The notes beneath the pieces were generated by a model. That model had not been told where the DNA came from and did not search any database. It worked only from the letters and a program-made list of their open reading frames with translations. Of a stretch of 39,655 nucleotides of DNA, positions 16,914 through 27,607 are shown in pieces. The stretch is from a virus, in the UHGV virus genome UHGV-0213320. One strand, written 5' to 3'. The position numbers and the translations under genes are program-made. The number at the start of each line of letters is the position of its first letter. Positions within the stretch are counted from its first letter, which is position 1.

Positions 16914-17537
16914 ATGAAAACCGAAGAATTAAAAGCACAAGGATTGACAGAAGAACAGATATCTTTTGTTATGGCTGAAAATGGGAAAGACCTCAAAAAG
17001 TTGCAGAAAGAAAACGACAATCTGAGCGCAGACCGGGATACCTGGAAAGAAAAAGCAGAAGCAGCAGAAACAACGCTGAAAGGATTTGAAGGGGTTGACC
17101 TGGAAACGATGCAGAGGGAAATATCTGACTGGAAACAGAAAGCTACGGAAGCCGAGAAAAAAGCCCAGGAGCAGCTTTACGCGCGTGACTTTTCGGACGC
17201 TCTGAAAACGGAATTTGAGGGTATTAAGTTTTCCAGCGAAGCGGCTAAACGTGCAATTATGGCAGAAGTAAAAGAGGCCGGTTTAAAACTGAAAGATGGT
17301 AAAATTCTGGGGCTGAATGACCTTTTGTCTCAAATGAAAGAAAAAGATGCTTCGGCTTTTGTTGATGATGCACAGCAGCAGGTACAGCAGAACATGGCGA
17401 GGTTTACCGCACCAGTAGGTAAGCAGAATACGCCAGGAACTATGACACGAAAGGATATTGAAGCGATTAAAGACCCGTCTGAGCGCCAGTCTGCAATCGC
17501 CAGTAACCTACATTTATTCGGTAAAGGAGAACAGTAA
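16914..17537 (+). CDS. Scaffolding protein
   Basis: 207 aa, highly charged coiled-coil composition, immediately upstream of the major capsid gene. RBS AAAAGGAGA. Confidence 0.7.
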   Translation: MKTEELKAQGLTEEQISFVMAENGKDLKKLQKENDNLSADRDTWKEKAEAAETTLKGFEGVDLETMQREISDWKQKATEAEKKAQEQLYARDFSDALKTEFEGIKFSSEAAKRAIMAEVKEAGLKLKDGKILGLNDLLSQMKEKDASAFVDDAQQQVQQNMARFTAPVGKQNTPGTMTRKDIEAIKDPSERQSAIASNLHLFGKGEQ

Positions 17538-18709
17538 TGGCAGCAAAAGCCAATTTAATTACAAGTGCAGACATACAGGTTACGGCTCGCGAAATTGATT
17601 TTGTAACACGCTTTGAAAGGAACTGGCAGCACCTCCGGGATATCCTGGGGATTATGCGTCCTATTAAGAAAACACCGGGCGCGGTGCTGAAAAGCAAATA
17701 TGCAGAAGGAACTTTACAGAGCGGTGCTGTAGGCGAGGGAGAGGAAATCCCTTACAGCAAATTTACAGTAAAGGAAAAGACATATGCGGAAATGACCATA
17801 GAGAAGTATGCAAAGGCCGTTTCCATTGAAGCAATTAAAGACCACGGCTATGAAAATGCCGTCCAGATGACAGACGACGAATTTTTGTTCCAGCTTCAAT
17901 CGGATGTAACAGAACGATTCTATACATATCTGAATACCGGTACACTTACCGGAACAGAAACCACTTTCCAGATGGCCCTTGCTATGGCAAAAGGAATGGT
18001 AGAAAACAAATTCAAACAGATGCACCGGAATGTTACAGGTGTGGTTGGGTTTGCGAATATTCTGGATGTATACCAGTACTTGGGGGCTGCTGAAATCACT
18101 GTGCAGAATCAGTTTGGTTTCCAGTATCTCAAAGATTTCATGGGATTCAATACAATCTTCCTGCTGTCCGACTCGGAAATTGCAAGAGGAAAAATAATAG
18201 CTACACCAGTGGAAAACATTGTAATGTACTATGTTGACCCAAATGAGAGCGATTTTGCACGGGCGGGTCTGGTATATACCACTGGAGCCGGGGAGACAAA
18301 CCTTATCGGATTCCATACTCAGGGGAACTACAATACAGCTGTTTCTGAAGCATTTGCAATCATGGGTTTGACCTTGTTTGCAGAATATATTGACGGAATC
18401 GCGGTTGTTGATATTACTGATAATCCCGTTCTTGGAACACTGACGGTAACTTCTTCGGCCGGAAGCGCATCAGGAAACACAAAATTAACCGTTGAACCTC
18501 CCCTCGAAACAGGACACATGTACAAGTACAAAGTGGCAGCTGATTCCGCTCCAGAAGTGAAATATGGTCAGAATGTAAAGACGTGGACAGCATGGGACGG
18601 TAAATCTGATATCAAGGCAACGACCGGGAATCATATCACAGTAGTTGAGTGTGACAATACCTATAAGGCGTTGAAATCTGGAAATGACGATGTAACGTCT
18701 CACTCTTAA
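17537..18709 (+). CDS. Major capsid protein
   Basis: 390 aa directly after the scaffold gene (ATG overlaps the scaffold stop). Size and position. Confidence 0.7.
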   Translation: MAAKANLITSADIQVTAREIDFVTRFERNWQHLRDILGIMRPIKKTPGAVLKSKYAEGTLQSGAVGEGEEIPYSKFTVKEKTYAEMTIEKYAKAVSIEAIKDHGYENAVQMTDDEFLFQLQSDVTERFYTYLNTGTLTGTETTFQMALAMAKGMVENKFKQMHRNVTGVVGFANILDVYQYLGAAEITVQNQFGFQYLKDFMGFNTIFLLSDSEIARGKIIATPVENIVMYYVDPNESDFARAGLVYTTGAGETNLIGFHTQGNYNTAVSEAFAIMGLTLFAEYIDGIAVVDITDNPVLGTLTVTSSAGSASGNTKLTVEPPLETGHMYKYKVAADSAPEVKYGQNVKTWTAWDGKSDIKATTGNHITVVECDNTYKALKSGNDDVTSHS

Positions 18710-18726
18710 AGAAAGGAGAATCCGGC

Positions 18727-19221
18727 ATGGCATATGCAGACTATGAGTTTTACACAACAAAATACTACGGCAGTTCCATACCGGATTCCCAATCATTTGA
18801 TAAGCAGGCAGAACGGGCAAGCGACTTCCTTGACATTGTAACTAGAGATAGGTTGGTTGACGGCCTCCCAGACAATGAACGAGCGCAAACCAAAATCAAG
18901 AAAGCCGTATGTGCCTTAGCTGATAAGCTGTATGGTTTGGAACTGGCAGAAAAACAGGCGCTATCTGCCGCCGCTGGAAGCATAACCAGCGGGACCGGCG
19001 GCGCAACCACGGGCGTTATCACGTCAAAGTCATCCGGTTCCGAATCAATCAGTTATGCATCTCCGTCTGAAATAGCTAACGGAGCTAAAGCCTGGAGTGC
19101 TGTATACTCTGCGGCAGGGGATGAACAGGCAACTAATAAACTCCTGTATGATACAGCAAAGGTGTATCTGATTGGGGTAAAGGACAATGAAGGGATTCCA
19201 CTTTTATATGCAGGACTGTAA
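18727..19221 (+). CDS. Head-tail connector/adaptor-like protein
   Basis: 164 aa immediately after the capsid gene. N-terminal segment typical of gp6/gp15-like connectors. Assignment by position. Confidence 0.4.
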   Translation: MAYADYEFYTTKYYGSSIPDSQSFDKQAERASDFLDIVTRDRLVDGLPDNERAQTKIKKAVCALADKLYGLELAEKQALSAAAGSITSGTGGATTGVITSKSSGSESISYASPSEIANGAKAWSAVYSAAGDEQATNKLLYDTAKVYLIGVKDNEGIPLLYAGL

Positions 19222-19558
19222 GGTAAAGATTCTGGGAACGGAATGGAAAATTGTGCAGCGTGATGAAAAAAAGGATGAAAACCTGGATGGGAAATTTAGG
19301 GATGGATATACCGATTTTTCTACACATACGATTGTGATTTGCAATAAAAGGGACGATTGCGAATTAAAGGACTATGAAGGATATAAAAATTCCATATTAC
19401 GACATGAACTCATTCATGCGTTTTTGTATGAAAGTGGTCTGGATTCTTCAAGTTCAAATACATGCGAAGCTTGGGCAACTAACGAAGAAATGGTTGACTG
19501 GCTTGCCATTCAATCTCCGAAGATTTTTAAAGTATTCAAGGAATTGGATTTACTCTGA
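19187..19558 (+). CDS. Small HExxH zinc-metallopeptidase-like protein (start uncertain, 19187 or 19208)
   Basis: RHELIHAF motif (HExxH) in a 123-aa protein. Unusual location inside the connector gene set. Confidence 0.45.
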   Translation: MKGFHFYMQDCKVKILGTEWKIVQRDEKKDENLDGKFRDGYTDFSTHTIVICNKRDDCELKDYEGYKNSILRHELIHAFLYESGLDSSSSNTCEAWATNEEMVDWLAIQSPKIFKVFKELDLL

Positions 19559-19576
19559 TTTCAGAAAGGCTAAAAA

Positions 19577-19840
19577 ATGGACATTACAACATTAGGAACA
19601 TGTGTGGCTATTGTGGCCCTGAGCTATGTGGTTGGCCTTGGATGCAAGGCGGCAAAGAAGATACCGGACGAATGGATTCCGGTCATCATGGCTGTTGTCG
19701 GTGGCATTCTAGGCGCGCTTGGTATGGGGACAATCCCAGACTTCCCGGCATCGGACTATATCACGGCTGTGGCGGTCGGTGCTGTGTCTGGTCTGGCAGC
19801 TACAGGGGTTAACCAGATGTATAAGCAGATGAATAAATAA
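19577..19840 (+). CDS. Holin-like small membrane protein (2-3 TM helices)
   Basis: 87 aa. Hydrophobic helices TCVAIVALSYVVGLGC, IPVIMAVVGGILGALGMG, AVAVGAVSGLAATGV. Charged C-terminus. Confidence 0.45.
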   Translation: MDITTLGTCVAIVALSYVVGLGCKAAKKIPDEWIPVIMAVVGGILGALGMGTIPDFPASDYITAVAVGAVSGLAATGVNQMYKQMNK

Positions 19841-19855
19841 TGGAGGGGATACCTT

Positions 19856-20323
19856 ATGTACAATGCCACGGTGACTGTTTTTAACTATTATGAATCATCC
19901 ACAACTGGCGTTGGACTTTGGTATCCCCATGTATTATCTGGCGTTGACCTTAATACCGACAAGGGCGCGATACTAAAAAAATATGGGTCAGACAGCACGG
20001 ACAACGCCGAATTACACATAGTTTACGAATTACAGGATGGCAAACAGATAATCCGCGATGCAGACGGTAAAGAATTGCCGTGGCTCCCTCCGAAGAAATG
20101 GAGGCGGCAGGTAAATGATTTGTTGGACGATACCATTACCTTTGATGCATCGGATGATTGTTTTTTTTGGGAAGGGGTATGGGATAGTGGTTCAGTAAAC
20201 GATGAAGATTATCGTGGCGGGTTTTATGCCTATATGAATAATCAGTATGACTTCGTATATTTGGTATCCTCTGTTGGAGGTCCATACTCTGTGATTCCTC
20301 ACTTTGAGATATTGGGTAAGTAG
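19856..20323 (+). CDS. Head-tail joining / minor capsid-type protein
   Basis: 155 aa, positional. RBS GGAGGGGATACC. Confidence 0.4.
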   Translation: MYNATVTVFNYYESSTTGVGLWYPHVLSGVDLNTDKGAILKKYGSDSTDNAELHIVYELQDGKQIIRDADGKELPWLPPKKWRRQVNDLLDDTITFDASDDCFFWEGVWDSGSVNDEDYRGGFYAYMNNQYDFVYLVSSVGGPYSVIPHFEILGK

Positions 20324-20324
20324 T

Positions 20325-20807
20325 ATGACAAGTAAATCGACACATTTTAAAGGCTTTTCCATTATTGATGCTGACATCAAAGTACAGCTTGATTTATCCC
20401 GATTTGATAAACAATTCCAGCGTGCGCAGTATGAGCTTGATGGAGATATCATGAATAGTATGGAACCATTTATGCCACTTAATAAAGGAACTTTTATTCA
20501 AAAAACAAGAGAAGAAAGTACAGCTTTACAAGGGACAGGGATGGTTGTTGCGGCGGCCGGTCCGTTTGGTCGGTTTCTCTACTACGGGAAAACAATGGTT
20601 GATATTGAAACAGGAAGTCCGTGGGCTAAGTACAAAAATAAGAAAGTGCTCGTCAGTCAGTACACAGGAAAAACAAACGCAAAAGAAAATCTAACATATT
20701 CAAGAGCTGGGGCAAAGGCATTATGGTTTGATGCTGCTAAGAAGAAAGATGGTAAATCATGGATAAGGAAAGCTAAAAAAATCGCTGGAGGTGGAAAACG
20801 TGGATGA
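20325..20807 (+). CDS. Minor capsid/connector protein (A118 minor-capsid-1-like)
   Basis: KVQLDLSRFDKQFQRAQYELDGDIMNSMEPFMPLNKGTF...YYG resembles the phage minor capsid (head-tail connector) family. ATG at 20325 right after the upstream stop. Confidence 0.5.
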   Translation: MTSKSTHFKGFSIIDADIKVQLDLSRFDKQFQRAQYELDGDIMNSMEPFMPLNKGTFIQKTREESTALQGTGMVVAAAGPFGRFLYYGKTMVDIETGSPWAKYKNKKVLVSQYTGKTNAKENLTYSRAGAKALWFDAAKKKDGKSWIRKAKKIAGGGKRG

Positions 20808-21306
20808 TGAACGAAAACCAATTGGAAAAGATGCAAGCGGTTATGATGTATTAACGACCGCAGTAAAGGCGTTGCTTAACCAATTCCCGGGGTTATATGA
20901 CTATGAAGCTGTTAAATTTGAAGAACTGGAAAGAGATACAGGAATTGCATTTTCAGCGAATGATGGAGCCTTAATCTTTTCTGAAACTGAGGATGTGTTA
21001 GGCGGAGTTCACCAGACCTGCCAGTATCCCTTTTATATTGTATATCGCACATCTTCCACAAAAGAGCGGCAGAAAATGAGCATACAGGAATTTCTTGATA
21101 CGTTTGGAAAATGGTTATGCCGGGAGCCGGTTGTGATTAATGGGAGTGAGCAACGATTATCAAAATATCCCACATTATCCCAGGGAAGAAAGATAACCAA
21201 AGTTACCCGTGATAACTCATTCGGCCTGGAACCGCAGGAAAGTGGTGTGCAGGACTGGATACTTCCGGTATCGATAGAATATAAATATGATTTTGAAAGA
21301 TGGTAG
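20800..21306 (+). CDS. Tail completion/connector-type protein (GTG start after GGAGGTG)
   Basis: ~168 aa, positional. Ends at a terminator. Confidence 0.4.
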   Translation: MDDERKPIGKDASGYDVLTTAVKALLNQFPGLYDYEAVKFEELERDTGIAFSANDGALIFSETEDVLGGVHQTCQYPFYIVYRTSSTKERQKMSIQEFLDTFGKWLCREPVVINGSEQRLSKYPTLSQGRKITKVTRDNSFGLEPQESGVQDWILPVSIEYKYDFERW

Positions 21307-21324
21307 AGCCAGACGCTAAGACGC

Positions 21325-21355
21325 AGAGCCTTGTGTGATGGCTCTATTTTTATTT
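21325..21355 (+). terminator. Rho-independent terminator (AGAGCC-ttgtgtgat-GGCTCT-ATTTTTATTT)
   Basis: 6-bp GC stem plus T-rich tail between the connector genes and the major tail gene. Confidence 0.5.
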
Positions 21356-21370
21356 GAAAGGAGAAAAACA

Positions 21371-21907
21371 GTGGCAACGTGGACTTATGCCGATGGAGAG
21401 GCAAAAAGAAAAGATTTTATGGTCTTTTGGATAACTGATGGAAGCACCACAAATATCACAAAAGATAAACTTGAGATTATTGGAAAAGGCGTTGAAGATA
21501 TGCCAATTTCCATGAATCCAGAGACAGAGGAAAGCCAGGATGTGCTTGGAAATAATAACTATGATATCACCGGCTATGCGGAAAGCATGACAGTGGACCC
21601 GACCAATGTGTCAGGCGAAAGTAAATATGCTCAAAAGATAGATACGCTCATGGAAGAAAGGGCAACTCTGTCAGATTTGCGGCTGAAATATCTTTGTGTA
21701 AAGCGATACAAAACCGACAGCACGGGAAAGATGCGTGCATGGGTGCAGGAGGGTGTTGTTGAGTTGGGAGACTTTGCAGGAGGACTGAAAGGTGTTTCCG
21801 CAGCGCATACGGTGCACTATGTAGGCGATAGAACTCTTGGTGCGGTAGACCCTACAACAATGGCTTTTACAGCTGATGGAGCAAGCCCTGCTTCATTGTC
21901 TGAATAA
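21371..21907 (+). CDS. Major tail protein
   Basis: 178 aa (GTG after GAAAGGAGAAAAACA). Position before two chaperone ORFs and the tape measure. T/S-rich beta-type sequence. Confidence 0.7.
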   Translation: MATWTYADGEAKRKDFMVFWITDGSTTNITKDKLEIIGKGVEDMPISMNPETEESQDVLGNNNYDITGYAESMTVDPTNVSGESKYAQKIDTLMEERATLSDLRLKYLCVKRYKTDSTGKMRAWVQEGVVELGDFAGGLKGVSAAHTVHYVGDRTLGAVDPTTMAFTADGASPASLSE

Positions 21908-21919
21908 GGAGACTAAATC

Positions 21920-22390
21920 ATGCCTAACATTCCAATAAGTATTGAAAGCCCTGTTAAATACTACGATTTTACGGACCAGCATGGTGATGTGCTGGCAACT
22001 TTAAAGTTTGTTCCGTCAGACCTTGACATATTCGAGCGGCAGCAGAATGTGTATAAAGCATTCGAGGATATGTGGATGGAATTAAAAGCAACTCTTGATA
22101 GCAAAAAGGAAAAAGAACTGTCATTAGAGATAATCAATAAATACGCCAAGTCTCTTCAGGATAAATTTGATTATCTATTTAACGCGGACACTTCTGGCTT
22201 CTTTAAAATTGCCAGCCCATTCACGCCAATGGAAAACGGAGACCCGTGGGCGTTGGTAATACTCGAAAGTGTTAAAAAAATCATAGAGCAGGAAACTGGT
22301 AAAAATTTTACGGAAATGGAAAGCAAGGCCGGGAAATATACACAACCGTATAATGCCGGTCCGGGAAAATACCCATTTCCCGTAAAATGA
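21920..22390 (+). CDS. Tail assembly chaperone (gpG-like)
   Basis: 156 aa acidic protein between the major tail and tape-measure genes. Confidence 0.5.
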   Translation: MPNIPISIESPVKYYDFTDQHGDVLATLKFVPSDLDIFERQQNVYKAFEDMWMELKATLDSKKEKELSLEIINKYAKSLQDKFDYLFNADTSGFFKIASPFTPMENGDPWALVILESVKKIIEQETGKNFTEMESKAGKYTQPYNAGPGKYPFPVK

Positions 22391-22944
22391 GCGCAGCGTG
22401 GTCCCTCCCATATTCTCTCTCTGTTAATGGAATAGACTATGAAATCCGTGAGGACTTCCGGGCAATATTAGATATTTTATCAGCCTTTGCAGATGAAGAA
22501 TTATCTGACCCAGAGAAAACACAAGCAATGCTTGAAATTCTTTACTGGCCCGTTATCCCGTCTCCGCACGATTTAACAGAAGCGGCAGAAAAAGCATTAT
22601 GGTTTATCGACTGTGGTGTGGTGCATGAAGATACTCCATCACCGCGTGTAATTGACTGGGAACAGGACGCAGGAATTATTTTCCCAGCGGTTAACAGGAT
22701 TGCAGGGTTTGAAACACGCGGATGCCAGATAATCCATTGGTGGACTTTCTACGGATGGTTCATGGAAATTGCAGACGGATTGTTTTCACAGGTTCTTTCA
22801 ATCCGACAGAAGCTATCGAAAGGAAAACGTCTGGAGAAGTGGGAGCAGGAATTTTTATTTAATAACAAGAAATTATGTGAACTTGAAGGAACAAAAGATA
22901 AGTCAAAAGAGGAGTATGAGTATTTTTCTGAGTTGCTAAAGTGA
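22387..22944 (+). CDS. Tail assembly chaperone 2 (gpT-like)
   Basis: 185 aa, ATGA overlap with the upstream chaperone, immediately before the TMP. Confidence 0.45.
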   Translation: MSAAWSLPYSLSVNGIDYEIREDFRAILDILSAFADEELSDPEKTQAMLEILYWPVIPSPHDLTEAAEKALWFIDCGVVHEDTPSPRVIDWEQDAGIIFPAVNRIAGFETRGCQIIHWWTFYGWFMEIADGLFSQVLSIRQKLSKGKRLEKWEQEFLFNNKKLCELEGTKDKSKEEYEYFSELLK

Positions 22945-22945
22945 G

Positions 22946-25402
22946 GTGATGTTTTTGCAACCGGATGGAACAGTATTAATAAATACAAAAATCAATACTG
23001 ATGGTGCAAAAACAGGGAGCGAAGATATTAAAAGAACCCTGTCTGGAACGATGGATTACATAAAGCTTCTGCCCCAGGCTTTTAAGGATATACCAAGCAT
23101 AATGAAACATACATTTTCATCTGCTTCAAAATCTATAAAAAGTCTTACACCAAGTGTACGCAATTTGCAAGATGAAGTGGACCGGTATAAAGATGCATTG
23201 TATTACGCTGAAAAGGCTGGTTATGGACTTGGCGATGCGCCATATGACAAGGCATTAGCAGGATTGCAACGGGCTAAAAAAGCAATGCAGGATTACAAAA
23301 AAAAGCTGCTCGGTGTTGATAATGAGCAAAAGAAGGCAAGCAAAAGTGGAAGTAAGCTCAATAAATCATTAAAAGGTACTGAGAAAGCATCCCGAGGTGC
23401 ACGAATGGGATTGGGCCGAATGCTTGCAACATCTATCTTATTTAGCACTGTATTCCGTGCCATTTCCGCAGTAACGGGCGGACTTAAAGAGGGAATGGAT
23501 AATCTGGCCCAGTATTCTGATGATACCAATAAAGCGTTATCCATATTGATGTCCAGTATGACCCAGCTTAAAAATTCTTTTGCTACAGCCTTTTCCCCAT
23601 TGGTTGAGTACGCAGCTCCGGCCCTAGCACAGTTTATCAATTTGCTATCCCAAGCCGTTACCTGGACAGCGCAACTGCTGGCAGCATTAACCGGAAAGGA
23701 TACATTTGTTAAAGCGGTTAAGGTACAGCAAGATTATGCTGATAGCCTGGACAAGACGAAGGATGAAACCAAAGATGCAGCCAAAGAAACGGAAAAGGCA
23801 TTAGCACCATTTGATAAGCTGATACAGATAACAACTGGGAAGAAAAAGAAAGAAGATAAGAACGAACTTAAGCCGGAGGATATGTTTACCACAGAGGAAG
23901 TATCCAATGACATTAAGTTGCAGGCAGAAGCAATAAAGAATACGCTTGGAAAGCTTTTCGACCCGCTCAAGGAATCATGGCTTGAAAATGGCCCGCAGGT
24001 AATGAAATCACTGCAAAATACTTTCTCGGCTATTAAACAACTTGCAAGTGATGTGGGCGCATCATTCATGCAGGTGTGGAACGTAGAGGGATATGGGAAA
24101 GCAATAACAGATGATTTACTAATCACATTTTCAAATCTGGTTGATACAGTCGGAAATTTAGTCACCAACTTTGATAAGGCATGGGTATCTGGCGATACCG
24201 GGACAAACATTTTAAGACACTTGGGGGATATCATTCTTGAAATAACAGGATTTTTCCGTCAGGCATCAGAAAGTTTGAAAGAATGGTCTGCGGATTTAGA
24301 TTTTACTCCTTTGCTGGAAAGCTTTGATAGGATTTTAATTGCTATAAAACCCATTGTATCAGATGTTGGAAATTTATTATTGTGGTTTCTTAACAATGTA
24401 TTGCTTCCTATTGCAAAATGGGGAATAGAACAAGCATTGCCGGCAGTATTTGATTTAATTGCGGCAGCATTAAAAGCAATACATAGTGTGATTGATGCAC
24501 TTAAGCCTTTGGGAATATGGTTATGGGAAGAATTTTTACAGCCATTAGGAGAGTGGACCGGGGGAGTTATCATAGCTGCATTAGAAAAAATTGTAGAATG
24601 GCTCACTAGATTTTCAGACTGGGTAAGTCAAAACCAGACATTGGTAGAAAATATTACACTTGCAGTACTGGCATTTTTTGCAGCATGGAAGTTTTCAGAA
24701 TTTGTATTGGGGATAGGACAATTAATAAGCAACCTTGGAGGTTTCATGGCAATTGGAGAACGTGTTATTTCACTTTTAGCAAGAACTGTATCAAATATAA
24801 ATCCCCTTGTCCTTGCTATATCAGGCATAATATCGCTGATTGCTGTGTTGGCCAAGAACTGGAATAACATGTCACCAACAGAAAAAGTTATAGCAAGTAT
24901 ACTTGCAGCTGCTTCGGCAGTAGGAATATTGGCGGTTGCTTTGGGCGCTTTGGCTGGTGGCGTAGGAGCTGGTGTTGTAGCTGCTTCATTAGCCGCCGGA
25001 ATAGCTGCTGCTACAATCGCAATTAATGCAGGTAAGCGTGCTGCATCTGCCGGATATTCTGGTGGGTATGGGGGAAGAAGTGCCTACCCCATGTCTGCCT
25101 ATGCGGCAGTTCCCTATAGAATGCCGATGCTTGCAACCGGTACAGTAGTACCACCACGGGCCGGAATGTTTGCCGCTATCCTGGGAGACAATAACCGTGA
25201 AACAGAAGTGGTATCCCCGCTATCAACTATGAAGCAAGCCCTTAAAGAAGCACTGGCAGAAAGCAATATATCTGGTGGAAATCAGATTGCCAAAGCAGAG
25301 CTAATACTTGATGGTACAAGGTTTGGTCAGCTCGTGGTTAAATTTGGGAAAAACGAAAAGAACCGTGTAGGTGTAACGATGGTAACAGAAGGGAGTGCAT
25401 AA
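22946..25402 (+). CDS. Tail tape measure protein
   Basis: 818 aa. Long alpha-helical segments plus C-terminal hydrophobic/Gly-Ala-rich stretches. Canonical position. Confidence 0.9.
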   Translation: MMFLQPDGTVLINTKINTDGAKTGSEDIKRTLSGTMDYIKLLPQAFKDIPSIMKHTFSSASKSIKSLTPSVRNLQDEVDRYKDALYYAEKAGYGLGDAPYDKALAGLQRAKKAMQDYKKKLLGVDNEQKKASKSGSKLNKSLKGTEKASRGARMGLGRMLATSILFSTVFRAISAVTGGLKEGMDNLAQYSDDTNKALSILMSSMTQLKNSFATAFSPLVEYAAPALAQFINLLSQAVTWTAQLLAALTGKDTFVKAVKVQQDYADSLDKTKDETKDAAKETEKALAPFDKLIQITTGKKKKEDKNELKPEDMFTTEEVSNDIKLQAEAIKNTLGKLFDPLKESWLENGPQVMKSLQNTFSAIKQLASDVGASFMQVWNVEGYGKAITDDLLITFSNLVDTVGNLVTNFDKAWVSGDTGTNILRHLGDIILEITGFFRQASESLKEWSADLDFTPLLESFDRILIAIKPIVSDVGNLLLWFLNNVLLPIAKWGIEQALPAVFDLIAAALKAIHSVIDALKPLGIWLWEEFLQPLGEWTGGVIIAALEKIVEWLTRFSDWVSQNQTLVENITLAVLAFFAAWKFSEFVLGIGQLISNLGGFMAIGERVISLLARTVSNINPLVLAISGIISLIAVLAKNWNNMSPTEKVIASILAAASAVGILAVALGALAGGVGAGVVAASLAAGIAAATIAINAGKRAASAGYSGGYGGRSAYPMSAYAAVPYRMPMLATGTVVPPRAGMFAAILGDNNRETEVVSPLSTMKQALKEALAESNISGGNQIAKAELILDGTRFGQLVVKFGKNEKNRVGVTMVTEGSA

Positions 25403-25812
25403 TGGCGCAGAATGGAAACGGAGTATTTACCATAGACGGTGTCAACCTCCGTCTATGGGTAAAATCCTTAAAGCGAAATTTTTCGGTCGCAGATAGTGAA
25501 AATTCTGGCCGTTTGCAGTCTTACCGGATGCACCGGGATATCATTGGTACATTTTTCAATTATACGCTTGATATTGATGCGGAAAGAAGTAATCCGGCTG
25601 ACTATGATACGTTTTATGAAATCATATCTGCTCCGGTTGAGTCTCACGATATGGTATTTCCTTATGGACAGGAAACCAAAGAGTTTGAGGCATACATAAC
25701 AAGCGGGGATGATGAAATAAAAATCAACAAGAATGGAAAAGAAGGGCAGCGTAACCATTGGACCGGGTTATCTATTACCTTTACCGCTATGGAGCCGCAG
25801 AGGAGGCCGTGA
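25402..25812 (+). CDS. Distal tail (Dit-like) protein
   Basis: 136 aa immediately after the TMP. Confidence 0.45.
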   Translation: MAQNGNGVFTIDGVNLRLWVKSLKRNFSVADSENSGRLQSYRMHRDIIGTFFNYTLDIDAERSNPADYDTFYEIISAPVESHDMVFPYGQETKEFEAYITSGDDEIKINKNGKEGQRNHWTGLSITFTAMEPQRRP

Positions 25813-25813
25813 T

Positions 25814-27607
25814 GTGTTTTTAAAGCAATCCATATTATCTGACGCAGAACAGAACACTGAGGGATTAAAGATTGTTTATGACGACCTGGCCCCTTATGCC
25901 AAAGAAAATAGTACAGCATCAATTACAAGACCTGGATTAAGACCGAGATTAGGGCTTAATCCAGGCTCTGGTTTACATCCGCGCGGGACGATAACAGAGC
26001 AAGAATTCCCGGAATTAAAGCGGGATGATATTTCTTATCCTGGATACGCTTTATGTTTTCCAAGATTTTCATTGCTAAATGGAAAGTATATTAATTTTCC
26101 AGATAATCCGCTTCCTTACGGATACATAAGCCCGGAAGTATCAAATGAGCAGGGATTGTTTGGGTATGTTAAGCAGAGCCAGGGGCTTAAACCTCAAATG
26201 GGTTTGCATCCAGGAATGTTTTTATACCCGAAATCAACAACTGAAACGTTGATTGAATCCCCCATGTTAACAGTGACATTTAATCAGAAATTTACTAGTG
26301 TAGGGTTGCTTTTTACTTTTAATATGATGTCGGGCGATTATTGCACCAGAATGAGAATTAAGTGGTACTCGGATAATAGCCTATTGTCAGATATGGAGTT
26401 TTACCCGGATTCAGTGCGATATTTTTGTAATAATTATGTGAGAGGATATAATAAGCTGGAAATCACATTTTTACAGACATCAAAACCCATCAGGCCGGTA
26501 TTTGTCACCAGAATAGATTATGGAATATACAGAGACTTTCTGGACAACGAATTGCTGGAAAGAAACTGTTTGCAAGAAATCAATGCCATATCAGAAAGCA
26601 TAAGTATCAACACTTTGAATTTTACGGTCAGAACAACATCTAATATACCGTTTGATTTGCAAAAAAAGCAGAAGCTTACACTGTATTTTAATGGAGAGTT
26701 GATAGGGAATTTTTATCTAAAAAACGGCGCAAGAAAAAACAAAACAGATTACCATATGGACGCGCATGATGCAGTGGGTGTATTGGATGGTAATGAGTTC
26801 GCTGGAGGAATATATACAGGCCAGCCGGTTTCTGAAGTATTAGAAAAAATATTTGAGAATGAAGATTTTAATTATTTATTGGATGAATCATTTTCAGATA
26901 TTCCGCTTTATGGATACATACCGTATACCACAAAGAGAAACGCATTAGTATACATATGCTTTGCTATTGGAGCTATTGCAGATACAAGCAATTATGATGG
27001 AATTGTTATATATCCACAGGAGAATGCTTTGAGTGGTGAATTCTTGCCGGATGAAGTGTTTTCCGGTGTTACATTAGAGCATTCTGATATTGTTACTGGA
27101 ATCAGGCTGACAGTACATACTTATAAAAAATCTAATGAAGCGCAAGAATTATATAATGATACTTTAAATGGAACAGCAGAGATTATTTTTAGCGAGCCTT
27201 ATCACAGTCTGGACATAGCTGGTGGAATCATTGGTCAGCACGGGGATAACTATGCCTATATAACTGGAACTGGTGGAAATGTAACACTGACTGGTAAGAG
27301 ATACAACCATCTCACCACATCAATCCTTAAAGAAAATCCAGATATTGTATTTAATAAAAACATCCGTGAAGTAACAGACGCAACATTGGTTTATAGTGGT
27401 AATGCGCAGCAAGTGCTTGACCGCGTATATGCATATTATCAGCGAGCAGAAAATGTGGTGGGGGATGTTCTTATTGGAACAAAAAAATTAGGACAGAAAG
27501 TCAAGATTGATACAGATTACGATGGATACCGCACAGGCATTATTGAGAGCTACAATTATAGCTTTTCTCCCAACGAAATTAAGGCAGAGGTAAAAATACA
27601 TGAGTAA
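25814..27607 (+). CDS. Tail-associated/baseplate protein (Tal-like minor structural protein)
   Basis: ~598 aa. GTG start after AGGAGG at 25801-25806. Second gene after the TMP. Confidence 0.6.
   Translation: MFLKQSILSDAEQNTEGLKIVYDDLAPYAKENSTASITRPGLRPRLGLNPGSGLHPRGTITEQEFPELKRDDISYPGYALCFPRFSLLNGKYINFPDNPLPYGYISPEVSNEQGLFGYVKQSQGLKPQMGLHPGMFLYPKSTTETLIESPMLTVTFNQKFTSVGLLFTFNMMSGDYCTRMRIKWYSDNSLLSDMEFYPDSVRYFCNNYVRGYNKLEITFLQTSKPIRPVFVTRIDYGIYRDFLDNELLERNCLQEINAISESISINTLNFTVRTTSNIPFDLQKKQKLTLYFNGELIGNFYLKNGARKNKTDYHMDAHDAVGVLDGNEFAGGIYTGQPVSEVLEKIFENEDFNYLLDESFSDIPLYGYIPYTTKRNALVYICFAIGAIADTSNYDGIVIYPQENALSGEFLPDEVFSGVTLEHSDIVTGIRLTVHTYKKSNEAQELYNDTLNGTAEIIFSEPYHSLDIAGGIIGQHGDNYAYITGTGGNVTLTGKRYNHLTTSILKENPDIVFNKNIREVTDATLVYSGNAQQVLDRVYAYYQRAENVVGDVLIGTKKLGQKVKIDTDYDGYRTGIIESYNYSFSPNEIKAEVKIHE

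Noticed and set aside
17714-18316. 200-aa minus-strand ORF
   Set aside because: Antisense inside the major capsid gene. Spurious.
22380-22392. Programmed -1 frameshift between the two tail chaperone ORFs
   Set aside because: The ORFs overlap by ATGA with independent starts, and no canonical slippery heptamer was found at the junction. Frameshift fusion not supported by sequence alone.
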